From positions 157,903 to 221,902 of the IMG/VR virus record IMGVR_UViG_3300029982_000010: a stretch of 64,000 nucleotides of DNA. One strand, written 5' to 3'. Shown here in pieces: positions 28,981 to 37,987 of this stretch (positions within the stretch are counted from its first letter, which is position 1; every line of letters starts with the position of its first letter). The position numbers and the translations under genes were made by a program. Below the pieces are notes generated by a model. That model was not told the DNA's origin and ran no database searches. It was given only the letters and a program-made list of their open reading frames with translations. This DNA is from a virus.

Positions 28981-29310
28981 TTATTTTTTTAATTGTTTAA
29001 TTTTTAAATATCTAATTATTTTATTTCTTTTTTTGATTTCAATTTCTAAACTAAATGATAATTCAAAATATATTCTATTATCATCAAAACATTTTATATA
29101 ATATTTATAATAATTTATTTTTCTTTTTTCACGTATTACATTTAAAAATAAATAACAAAATATATTAAAAATATAAAATAATATATAGTATTTTATAGAT
29201 AAATCTCTATCATCATCTTTATATTTTGTTTTTTCATCTAATATATGAATATTTATAATTAGAATAAATACTACTATCACACCAAATAAATATGTATAAA
29301 ATACAGTCAT
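28981..29310 (-). CDS. Fam-A-TM protein
   Basis: paralog of 28596..28961; C-term RYLKIKQLKK. Confidence 0.45.
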   Translation of the reverse strand: MTVFYTYLFGVIVVFILIINIHILDEKTKYKDDDRDLSIKYYILFYIFNIFCYLFLNVIREKRKINYYKYYIKCFDDNRIYFELSFSLEIEIKKRNKIIRYLKIKQLKK

Positions 29311-29355
29311 TTATATTTTTTTTAATATTACAAATATGATACCAACTAAATAAAT

Positions 29356-29880
29356 TTAAAAAACTTTTATAAATTCTTCAAAATCCTGACAAAATGTGAT
29401 CATTTTTATTTGATCAGGTGACATAAAGTCAGTTAAATTATTAAATAAATTGTTCCATTCAGGTCCAAATAAAAATATTCTTGGTTTTACTTTTAATTTT
29501 CTTATGCCATCTAATAGAAGAAACACTTCAGATAATGTACCAATTCCACCTATTTGGACTATAAAAATTTCACTATCAGATATTAATAATCTCAATCTTT
29601 GATAGATGTCAATACAAGGAACTGTTTCTGTTAAATATTCATTTCCTCTTGCACAGCCAATAGATAAACAAGTATAACCAATTATTGTACCTTCTGCTTC
29701 ATTAGCTCCCTTAGAAACAGCTTCCATTAATCCACTATATCCTCCATTTTTAATTATATACCCATTTGAAGCTAAAAAGTTTCCAATTAAAACACTATCA
29801 CTATATTTAGAAGTAGTTCTATCATTAATAGCACCTCCAAAAAAAGTTACATTTTTATTTATTTGTTTGTTTTCTGTCAT
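29356..29880 (-). CDS. LOG-family (TIGR00730-like) Rossmann-fold protein
   Basis: GGYSGLMEAVSKGA and IVQIGGIGTLSEVF match GGGxGLMGA / PGGxGTxEE signatures. Confidence 0.65.
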   Translation of the reverse strand: MTENKQINKNVTFFGGAINDRTTSKYSDSVLIGNFLASNGYIIKNGGYSGLMEAVSKGANEAEGTIIGYTCLSIGCARGNEYLTETVPCIDIYQRLRLLISDSEIFIVQIGGIGTLSEVFLLLDGIRKLKVKPRIFLFGPEWNNLFNNLTDFMSPDQIKMITFCQDFEEFIKVF

Positions 29881-29918
29881 ATTATAAAGATAATATATTT
29901 TTTTATAACTACCAAATA

Positions 29919-30122
29919 TTAGTATAAGTTTTTTAATTTTTTTAATTTACGTTTTCTATATTCTTTTATAGTTATAAATCTATTACTTGAATATCTATAA
30001 TCGATTTCATCAAATTTCATATAAGAATTATTATTGAATTTTATTGTTAAAATTTTATCTAATGAAATTTTATATGTATAATTATAATTATCAATACATA
30101 CAACTTTATCACCTACTTTCAT
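29919..30122 (-). CDS. Fam-A small protein
   Basis: MKVGDKVVCID..., KEYRKRKLKKL. Confidence 0.5.
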   Translation of the reverse strand: MKVGDKVVCIDNYNYTYKISLDKILTIKFNNNSYMKFDEIDYRYSSNRFITIKEYRKRKLKKLKNLY

Positions 30123-30375
30123 CTATTTCTTTCAATTTAAGTTTTCGATATTCTTTTATAGTTATAAAATCTGATAAAAAAACGTAAGTATTTTCTAATA
30201 ATACTATAATATAATCTTCGTTAGGTATTTCAATATAAGCATCATCTATTCTATTAATTTCAGATATTGTATATGTGTAACCTTCTATTAAATCTCTATA
30301 ATAATGATTACTATGAAAAATTACTTTATCACCTACTTTCATATATTTTCTGCAACTTAAGTTTTCTATATTCAT
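30109..30375 (-). CDS. Fam-A small protein
   Basis: ...MKVGDKVIFHS..., KEYRKLKLKEI. Confidence 0.5.
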   Translation of the reverse strand: MNIENLSCRKYMKVGDKVIFHSNHYYRDLIEGYTYTISEINRIDDAYIEIPNEDYIIVLLENTYVFLSDFITIKEYRKLKLKEIDESR

Positions 30376-30631
30376 TATTAGTTAAAAATCTACATTTATT
30401 AAACATCAACTCATCAAGTTCAATTAATTCAAAATATATTTGACAATTATTATCATCTATCTTAGGAGTTTCTGCTACCCATTTTTCAGAATAATCACTA
30501 AATTCTAAAAAAATACCATAGATTGTATATTCTGTATTTTTTTTTAATAATCCTCCTTTATATTTAATATCGTCATTATAATCCGAATATATTTGATAAT
30601 CTAAGCAAAATATTTTATCTCCTATTTTCAT
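30329..30631 (-). CDS. Fam-A small protein
   Basis: MKIGDKIFCLD..., NEYRKLKLQKI. Confidence 0.5.
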   Translation of the reverse strand: MKIGDKIFCLDYQIYSDYNDDIKYKGGLLKKNTEYTIYGIFLEFSDYSEKWVAETPKIDDNNCQIYFELIELDELMFNKCRFLTNNEYRKLKLQKIYESR

Positions 30632-30634
30632 ATA

Positions 30635-31696
30635 TTATTCATCAAAATTTTCTTCTTGAAGCATAATTAATTTAATAAATCTTGTATTTTTTTCAATTAA
30701 TTGATCACCGTCACAATCAAGAATAAAATATTCTTTTGGTTCTAGCCTTAACATAACTTGTTTAAGATCATCAAGAGTTTTAAAAGCTATTGCAGTTTTA
30801 CCAAATTTGGTAGATTTTTTTGTTCCTTTGATCCCAGATTCTTTTAAAATGTCTTTAATTCTTTGATCTTCTTTCAATTCACTAAAATCAAAATTACTAC
30901 TTTTATAGCCATAACTTACATCAAAATTATTAGGATTACGATATTCATAAGGATAATAAACTAACATATAAGAATATTCTTTTGTATTCATTACATTTTT
31001 GAATACTTCTCTTGCTGCGTTGCCAAACTGAGCAGTGACATTAATCAATCTCATTGAATCATCATAATATTTAAGCATATCAAAATCAAATTTGATAGGA
31101 TGTTTGTTATCACCATTAACGTATGACATAATTTCAAGATATTTACAATCATCTCTATCAAATGTTTCATTCGCAGATTGACACCATTCTGGAATTTGTG
31201 AGTCTTCTAATTCTGGATTACGATCAATATATTTTTGGAACATTTCATATTGATTTTCATAATATCCAATTGTAATAAGTAATGATGCTTTAACTTTACC
31301 AAGATCATTGAAATATTTTGGCTTGTGAGCTTTTCCTTTATAGAAGATTTTATATCTAGTTGGTATAACTTCAGGTTCACTAATTTCTTGACCTTCAATT
31401 TTATCAACTTTAACTTTAAATGGAGACCAATATGCAGAATAAATATTATTAGGCTCACTTATTATTTTAAAAAATGCTGTTGCATTTTTAAATTTAATTA
31501 TTTCAATTTTTGTACCTGATGGAATTTCAATCATGTTATAACCAGAATAATCTATTCCATCTTTCATATGAATATAAGCATTTAATCCTAATGAGTCTTT
31601 TTGATTATAATAATCATTATATTGATTATTTACTTTTGAAACTTTGTTATTTACAACAAATATGTTGCCAGGTATACAAATATTTTTATCTATCAT
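30635..31696 (-). CDS. hypothetical protein (353 aa)
   Basis: long ORF; several shorter overlapping ORFs on other frames judged spurious. Confidence 0.5.
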   Translation of the reverse strand: MIDKNICIPGNIFVVNNKVSKVNNQYNDYYNQKDSLGLNAYIHMKDGIDYSGYNMIEIPSGTKIEIIKFKNATAFFKIISEPNNIYSAYWSPFKVKVDKIEGQEISEPEVIPTRYKIFYKGKAHKPKYFNDLGKVKASLLITIGYYENQYEMFQKYIDRNPELEDSQIPEWCQSANETFDRDDCKYLEIMSYVNGDNKHPIKFDFDMLKYYDDSMRLINVTAQFGNAAREVFKNVMNTKEYSYMLVYYPYEYRNPNNFDVSYGYKSSNFDFSELKEDQRIKDILKESGIKGTKKSTKFGKTAIAFKTLDDLKQVMLRLEPKEYFILDCDGDQLIEKNTRFIKLIMLQEENFDE

Positions 31697-31761
31697 ATTA
31701 TAATTATTTAGTTAAACATTTAATGTGCAAATATATGAAATTAATTTTGAATAAAAAAATA

Positions 31762-31971
31762 TTATGATATTTTTTTTAATTCATTAAGTTTTTGTTTTCG
31801 ATATTCAGATAGTGATATAAAACATTCGGATGAAAACCACCAATTTTTATAAGAATCTTCTAATGATATACTAGTATCAAATCTAATATCTTTTATAATA
31901 TGAATTGATGCTAATTTAAGTCCAGTATATGATTGCTTTATATAAACTATTTTTTCTCCTACTCTAAACAT
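31762..31971 (-). CDS. Fam-A small protein
   Basis: MFRVGEKIVYIK..., SEYRKQKLNEL. Confidence 0.5.
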   Translation of the reverse strand: MFRVGEKIVYIKQSYTGLKLASIHIIKDIRFDTSISLEDSYKNWWFSSECFISLSEYRKQKLNELKKIS

Positions 31972-31974
31972 AAT

Positions 31975-32381
31975 TCTAATTTTTGAAGTTTTAATTTTCT
32001 ATATTCTTTTAATGTAATAAAAAAATTAAGATAAATATAAAAATTTTCTATTTCATCTGTAGTTATATAAGACAATTCTGGTATATAAGATCGAAAGTAG
32101 CCTGTTACTGTATAAATATTACCATAGATAAATTTAGACTGACTAATTTTACCATCATGACCAAAATATATACTACTTTATCATATTTATTTATATTAGT
32201 TATCATAACAATTCTAATTTTTGAAGTTTTAATTTTCTATATTCTTTTAAAGTTATGAAATAATTTGATGAGTAATAACCACCTATCTCTTTAATTCCTA
32301 GTCCAAATGTAATACCATTATTTAAAATTTGAACTATCGTATACGTGTTATATTTTTTAAAAAAATCATCATAAAAAGATA
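31975..32381 (-). pseudogene. two decayed Fam-A copies; the distal one is the 3' part of a gene split by a MITE
   Basis: rev-comp shows ...KEYRKLKLQKL tails twice but MIK* and frame breaks; matching N-part MCKFNIGDKIVYI at 32710-32764. Confidence 0.35.
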
Positions 32382-32701
32382 TATGAGTATCCGTTTGGAT
32401 ATCTTAATATATATATTTATGTTGATTCGCTTTATCTATTTAATATTAGTAATGTCTTGTTATTTATATAGTTATAAAATTTGATTGTATGGGTCATCAA
32501 TTAGGATAGACTAAAATAAAGCATACGTGGTTGATTGTTCTGATCAACTACTATGGAGTTGTTTCTTATGTTTTAATTAATCCCCAAGTTAAAATTGAGA
32601 GTTGTACGTAGTTAACTAATAAAGAGATGGTTGACAAGTAACACATGCTAAATAATTAACAATAAAACACTATATTTAAAACACTCAAACGGATACTCAT
32701 A
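32382..32701. mobile_element. MITE copy 1 (hairpin-containing TIRs, 8-bp TSD AAAAGATA)
   Basis: left TATGAGTATCCGTTTGGAT..., right ...TCAAACGGATACTCATA; identical 8-mer on both flanks; higher-GC interior without ORF. Confidence 0.55.
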
Positions 32702-32750
32702 AAAAGATAAATTATTTTCATATACAATATAAACAATTTTATCTCCGATA

Positions 32751-32942
32751 TTAAATTTGCACATATTTTGATATAGTATTGAGTTTTTCTTTTCTTAATT
32801 TAATTATAGCGTCATTGAAATAATCATGATATGAATCTTTACGTTTTATAAAATATTCAATATCATTCCAAATAATACATCTTTCAGACATCATATATTC
32901 TGAATATAATTTATATGTCAATTTATCTAATTCTGTGTACAT
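32751..32942 (-). CDS. small KL-tail protein (quartet paralog)
   Basis: MYTELDKLTYKLYSEY..., IKLRKEKLNTI. Confidence 0.4.
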   Translation of the reverse strand: MYTELDKLTYKLYSEYMMSERCIIWNDIEYFIKRKDSYHDYFNDAIIKLRKEKLNTISKYVQI

Positions 32943-33118
32943 ATTTCATTTAATTCTTTAAGTTTTTCTTTTCTGATAACCTTATCATAATATAATTGAT
33001 ATTCATTTTTTTTATAAATAAAATAATCAAATGTACATAGGCATGAATATCCTTCATCCTTTGGATTTCTACTTTCACAATATAATTCATATGCTAGCAT
33101 ATCTACGTTTGTGTGCAT
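32927..33118 (-). CDS. small KL-tail protein (quartet paralog)
   Basis: VIRKEKLKELNEICTQN. Confidence 0.4.
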   Translation of the reverse strand: MHTNVDMLAYELYCESRNPKDEGYSCLCTFDYFIYKKNEYQLYYDKVIRKEKLKELNEICTQN

Positions 33119-33297
33119 ATTTTATTAAGTTTTTCTTTTCTTATTAATTTTTTTGCTTTATCATAATAATTATGATATATTTCTTTATTTTCAATAAATT
33201 CATAAATAGTCAAATAGCTTATTCTATATTTATTTTTCATGTCGTATATAAACATATCATATGCAAACTTGTTTAATTTTTCTAATTCTGTATACAT
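33103..33297 (-). CDS. small KL-tail protein (quartet paralog)
   Basis: MYTELEKLNKFAYDMF..., LIRKEKLNKICTQT. Confidence 0.4.
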   Translation of the reverse strand: MYTELEKLNKFAYDMFIYDMKNKYRISYLTIYEFIENKEIYHNYYDKAKKLIRKEKLNKICTQT

Positions 33298-33500
33298 AAT
33301 TTATTTAATTTATCTAATCTCAATTGTTTTAAAGCTATTTCATAAAATAATTTAATTTTATTAGATTTCTTTTGAGTTAAGAATAAATCTAACGTATATT
33401 GAGTGTAATAACCTTGAATATCAATATACTCTTCATATTTTTCATATGCTTTTTTATCTAATTCTGTTTTAGCTGTAATTCCTTTTACTTGGTTGAGCAT
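33282..33500 (-). CDS. small KL-tail protein (quartet paralog)
   Basis: KQLRLDKLNKLCIQN. Confidence 0.4.
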   Translation of the reverse strand: MLNQVKGITAKTELDKKAYEKYEEYIDIQGYYTQYTLDLFLTQKKSNKIKLFYEIALKQLRLDKLNKLCIQN

Positions 33501-33700
33501 AATTTATTTAATTTTAATTTTCTATATTCTTTTAATGTACAAAAATCTTCAATAGGAAACATGCTCATAGCATTAATTCCATCAATCATAAAAAATATAT
33601 AATTAAATCCTGTTGTAGTTATATAATAAATAGTATATTCTTTCAAATATATTAATTTATTATCTTTACCTATATATATTACTATATCTCCTATTTTCAT
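33485..33700 (-). CDS. Fam-A small protein
   Basis: MKIGDIVIYIG..., KEYRKLKLNKL. Confidence 0.5.
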   Translation of the reverse strand: MKIGDIVIYIGKDNKLIYLKEYTIYYITTTGFNYIFFMIDGINAMSMFPIEDFCTLKEYRKLKLNKLCSTK

Positions 33701-34188
33701 TTTATCGTCTTTTTAATTTGCTGTAATTTATATTTTCTAATATTAGGAGAATATATTAATTTTACAATAAAGTTATGATCCTCATAGAATAAAAATAATT
33801 TATAATCATTTGAATATATTTTATTTTTTAATACTATATTATTATTTAAATTTGAATATATTATATATTTTCTATCAGAAAATAATGAAAAATCAATACA
33901 TTCAATTATTTCATTATCTTGATCGACTAACTCTAAAATTTGTTTTTTATTATCATAAATTTCATTAGTATCAAATTCATTTATATTTATATCTTTTAAT
34001 TCTAAATTATCTTTTATATCATAAACGAAATATATTGGTATTTTTTTATTAATAAAATCAGTAGGATTTATATTATCACAATTATCATACATAAAATTTT
34101 TAATAAAATCTATTTTAAGATATTCATTCCTATTATTATAATAATATTTTTCAAAAGAAATCGTTATTAGCTTTAATATATTATTCAT
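33697..34188 (-). CDS. KL-tail protein
   Basis: 163 aa; C-term IRKYKLQQIKK. Confidence 0.4.
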   Translation of the reverse strand: MNNILKLITISFEKYYYNNRNEYLKIDFIKNFMYDNCDNINPTDFINKKIPIYFVYDIKDNLELKDININEFDTNEIYDNKKQILELVDQDNEIIECIDFSLFSDRKYIIYSNLNNNIVLKNKIYSNDYKLFLFYEDHNFIVKLIYSPNIRKYKLQQIKKTIK

Positions 34189-34532
34189 TTGAATTTTTTA
34201 ATTTTTATTCTTCTTTCAGTCTGATGAATTAATTTTTTTATTTCATTTAATTCTGATTCAAAATCTTCTCCATATCTTATTTTTTTCAATTTATAATTAT
34301 AATACTTAAGTTTAATATTATCTTTATATAAAATATTATATGAAATAATAAATATAGTTAAAAACATATATAATAAAATTTTCTTCCTAATATTATTATC
34401 ATAAAAATATTCATAAAAATCAATACCTTTTTTAATTAATTTTTTATAAATGATAAATAATATACAATTTACTATTATATAAATATTAAATATTATAAAA
34501 CATATTAATATTATATCATTTGCTATCATCAT
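34185..34532 (-). CDS. Fam-A-TM protein
   Basis: TM N-term, C-term TERRIKIKKFK. Confidence 0.4.
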   Translation of the reverse strand: MMIANDIILICFIIFNIYIIVNCILFIIYKKLIKKGIDFYEYFYDNNIRKKILLYMFLTIFIISYNILYKDNIKLKYYNYKLKKIRYGEDFESELNEIKKLIHQTERRIKIKKFK

Positions 34533-34953
34533 TAACTATTTTATTTATTTTTTTTAATTTTATTTTTAATGCACAAGATCTTAATTTTTTTCGTATTTCT
34601 TCCTCTTTAATATTAAAATTATCAATTTTATAAACAGAGTTATTTTTATAAACAGATATGTTATTATTTAGCGTTATAAAATATGGATCATTTTTTATTA
34701 AATCACATCTTTCAACTTTATATTTTAAGAAATCATATTCAATTTCATCTTTATGATACTTATTATATAAAAATATAAACATAGTGAAAAAAATATATAA
34801 AATAGGATGTTTATTTATATGTCTTTTTTTAAAATATATTCTATATTCATTAGTATATTTTTTAAGTTCATTTTTTAATATGAATGAATTTATCAGATAA
34901 TATATAGATAATATAATTGCAATTTCTACTAATAAAATAAATGTATTAATCAT
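34516..34953 (-). CDS. Fam-A-TM protein
   Basis: TM N-term, C-region CALKIKLKKI. Confidence 0.4.
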   Translation of the reverse strand: MINTFILLVEIAIILSIYYLINSFILKNELKKYTNEYRIYFKKRHINKHPILYIFFTMFIFLYNKYHKDEIEYDFLKYKVERCDLIKNDPYFITLNNNISVYKNNSVYKIDNFNIKEEEIRKKLRSCALKIKLKKINKIVNDDSK

Positions 34954-35288
34954 TTTAATTTTTTTAATTTAATTTGTCTATTAATTTTGTTTAGTTCTTT
35001 TTGTAAATTAGATAATTTATTATCAATAAAGTCAGATTGAAAATCATAAAAATATATTTCATCTATTTTAGCACTTAAATATAATTTCTTATATTTCATA
35101 TCATATTTTTTACGTAATAATATATGAATAGGATAATATAACGCCTTTGGAAAATCTAAATTAATATTTACATAAATAAAAAAATCTTTATACATTTTAT
35201 TATATCTCTTCTCTAAATATTTTTTTGCATATATAGAAATTATTGCATATAACTCAAATATAATTATTGATAGTAATATAATTTTCAT
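34950..35288 (-). CDS. Fam-A-TM protein
   Basis: TM N-term, C-term NRQIKLKKLK. Confidence 0.4.
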   Translation of the reverse strand: MKIILLSIIIFELYAIISIYAKKYLEKRYNKMYKDFFIYVNINLDFPKALYYPIHILLRKKYDMKYKKLYLSAKIDEIYFYDFQSDFIDNKLSNLQKELNKINRQIKLKKLK

Positions 35289-35291
35289 AAA

Positions 35292-35867
35292 TTATAATAA
35301 ATTTAATTTTTTAATTTTTTCTTTTCTTTCTATATTTAATATATTCAAAGATTTAATATGAATATCATTTCTAATATCTAAACTATAATCTTCAATGCAA
35401 TATTCAACATTAGTGAAATAACAATAATCAGTATTGAGATAATGACTTTTTTTATTTAAATTTATTCTAAATGTATGACCAATAATATTTATTTTTTCTT
35501 TAATTATATAAGTTCCAATAGTTTCAGAAATTTTATGCTTAAATTTAAAAATCATTATTTTTCCTTCTAATTGAGGATTTATATTATCTTTTAATATTTT
35601 AATATAAGAATAATTGTTTGTTGAAATTTGAATTTTTTTGATTATTTTATGTATAAAATCTGGATTATTTCTAAATTCAAAATAAATTTTTTTCAATTCA
35701 TCTGTCATTTTGAATATTCCATATTTTAATGTGTTATTTTCAATATATTCAACATATGCAGATTCTTTAAATATGCAAGTATTATTTGTATTAATAAATG
35801 CAATTTCAGAATTATAACTATCATTTTCAGATATTATATTAAAATATTTATTGTAGTACTCAATCAT
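35292..35867 (-). CDS. KL-tail protein
   Basis: 191 aa; C-term IERKEKIKKLNLL. Confidence 0.4.
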   Translation of the reverse strand: MIEYYNKYFNIISENDSYNSEIAFINTNNTCIFKESAYVEYIENNTLKYGIFKMTDELKKIYFEFRNNPDFIHKIIKKIQISTNNYSYIKILKDNINPQLEGKIMIFKFKHKISETIGTYIIKEKINIIGHTFRINLNKKSHYLNTDYCYFTNVEYCIEDYSLDIRNDIHIKSLNILNIERKEKIKKLNLL

Positions 35868-35900
35868 AAATTATTTCATTTTAGATGATGTTTTACCATT

Positions 35901-36353
35901 TCAATTATCTTTTTTTGCTTCAATTGGGAACATTTCGTAAAATTTTTTCCACACTTTTAGAGGACGATTCTTTTTAGGATATCTTGTCATATTTTTATTG
36001 CCACCAAATCCCATACCAATTAGTACTCCTTTATTGTCACGTCTCACAATAGGATTTTGTTTATAATCAAATCTTTTATGCAAAACTAATTTAATTTGTT
36101 CTTCATTATAAAGTTGTTTAATAGTTTCTTCACTTGTATTATATTGTTTTATGATATTATATAAATCTACATATATTTTACCTAATTTATATTTTAATCC
36201 ACTATTATCATTATCTTCTTTCATTTTTATAAACTTCATTGCATATTTTTTAATTATATCAATGTAAGTTTTTTCATCACTATCTTTGTAAATATGTAGA
36301 TTAATTTGAGATAGCATGTTTCTGAGTTTTCTTAAATATTTTTTTTCTGTCAT
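35901..36353 (-). CDS. hypothetical protein
   Basis: 150-aa ORF. Confidence 0.4.
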   Translation of the reverse strand: MTEKKYLRKLRNMLSQINLHIYKDSDEKTYIDIIKKYAMKFIKMKEDNDNSGLKYKLGKIYVDLYNIIKQYNTSEETIKQLYNEEQIKLVLHKRFDYKQNPIVRRDNKGVLIGMGFGGNKNMTRYPKKNRPLKVWKKFYEMFPIEAKKDN

Positions 36354-36660
36354 TTTTTTCTTTATATTTTAAAGTAGCTTTTGAATAATCTATTTTACCA
36401 TTATTGTATGATATTATTTCTTTTTTGCTTAAAAAATATACTGTGATGATATATTTATATCTATTAAACGTGCACCAAATATAATGTTCTTTAAATTTAA
36501 TAATGTTTCTATATTTATGAGCTGTTAATCTTATAGAATTTTCTATTGATAATAATGAACATAATTCATCATATTCATCATCAGATAAAATTTCATTAAA
36601 TCTTTCTAAATAACGTATTTTTGTATGATTTATATGGTACTCAGATTTATGATTTTTCAT
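36301..36660 (-). CDS. hypothetical protein
   Basis: 119-aa ORF; 5' end overlaps previous ORF in another frame, true start may be internal. Confidence 0.35.
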   Translation of the reverse strand: MKNHKSEYHINHTKIRYLERFNEILSDDEYDELCSLLSIENSIRLTAHKYRNIIKFKEHYIWCTFNRYKYIITVYFLSKKEIISYNNGKIDYSKATLKYKEKNDRKKIFKKTQKHAISN

Positions 36661-36985
36661 TTATTTTTTTAAGTTTTAAATACCTCTTCATTCTATTGTA
36701 ATCTAATTTACCATCAGGTGATAATGATTCAAAACCAAAAATTTTTATAAAGTTTTGATCATAATGTAATATTCTATTTTTATAAAAATTTATTTTTCTT
36801 TTTTCTCTAATTTTATTCAAAAATAAAAAACAAAAAATATTAACAAAACAAAATAATACATTGTATTTAGTTTCAATAAGTCCGTCATTTCCTTTTGGTT
36901 TAGTTTTTTTGTCTAAAATATAAGGCATGTATGAAAAACTTGTAAAATATATTATAAGAAATATAAATGGTATGATCTGTATCAT
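36647..36985 (-). CDS. Fam-A-TM protein
   Basis: TM N-term, C-term RYLKLKKINEKS. Confidence 0.45.
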   Translation of the reverse strand: MIQIIPFIFLIIYFTSFSYMPYILDKKTKPKGNDGLIETKYNVLFCFVNIFCFLFLNKIREKRKINFYKNRILHYDQNFIKIFGFESLSPDGKLDYNRMKRYLKLKKINEKS

Positions 36986-37311
36986 TTTAGTTTTTTAATT
37001 TTAATATATCTACTGATTCTAATATAATCTAATTTAGTTTGATCATGAAGATTTTCAAATCCATAACTTTTATTCCAACTATCAATAACATCTTTATAAT
37101 AATCTATTTTTCTCATTTCTCTTATTTTATTTAAAAATAAAAAACAAATCCAATTAAAAACAAAAAAATATAATAGGCATTTCATATATGATTGTTGACC
37201 ATTGAAAATGATATAATCTTTTGATTTTAGTTTTTCTGGCTCAGTTTTATTGAGTAATGTTTTTGGAATATATAAAAATCCAAACAAATAAATTATTAAT
37301 ATATAAATCAT
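36982..37311 (-). CDS. Fam-A-TM protein
   Basis: paralog of 36647..36985; C-term RYIKIKKLK. Confidence 0.45.
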   Translation of the reverse strand: MIYILIIYLFGFLYIPKTLLNKTEPEKLKSKDYIIFNGQQSYMKCLLYFFVFNWICFLFLNKIREMRKIDYYKDVIDSWNKSYGFENLHDQTKLDYIRISRYIKIKKLK

Positions 37312-37447
37312 AGTTTTATTTTATTATGACAATTAGCAAAAATACTACATTTTTTTAAATCTACCAAATATTTAGAGCAAAAACATTCAAAATTATTACA
37401 TATTTATATATAATGTTAAATAACAATAAAAAATTATATTATTTTAT

Positions 37448-37759
37448 ATGCACATTTTAGTATATAAAAATAATGTATTATCTTTGTATTCAAATTTATT
37501 ATTAATATTTAAAATATCAATTATGGAACAAGCTGATGTATATGCATATTTTGATTTAGAATCACCATTTATTAAATATTTTAATAGATGTAAAGATATT
37601 GATATGACTAAATCACAAATTCAAAAGAATTTGAATTTTTTAGATAAATATTATCAAAATATGGTTATAGATAAATTACCTATCACTATATTTTTTAAAA
37701 TTGAACCATCGTTAGAAAAATTATTTAATAATTGGTGCGTTGATAATAATATTATATAA
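37448..37759 (+). CDS. hypothetical protein
   Basis: 103-aa ORF at strand-switch. Confidence 0.35.
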   Translation: MHILVYKNNVLSLYSNLLLIFKISIMEQADVYAYFDLESPFIKYFNRCKDIDMTKSQIQKNLNFLDKYYQNMVIDKLPITIFFKIEPSLEKLFNNWCVDNNII

Positions 37760-37987
37760 TTAAAAATATAAAGTTATGTTAAAAATTTTCACAGAAGAAT
37801 TTATAAAAGAAATTGGCTTTTCATATTCAAGTGGTGATGAAAATAGTCAATATGGTGAAGCTAAAAGCATAAGAGCAAGAGGTTAGATTCAGTTACAAAA
37901 AATTTAAACAAAACTATAAAAAAGTGTAAATAAATTAAACAATTATTAAATATTTATATATAATACGCAATAAAATCAAGTAATTGA

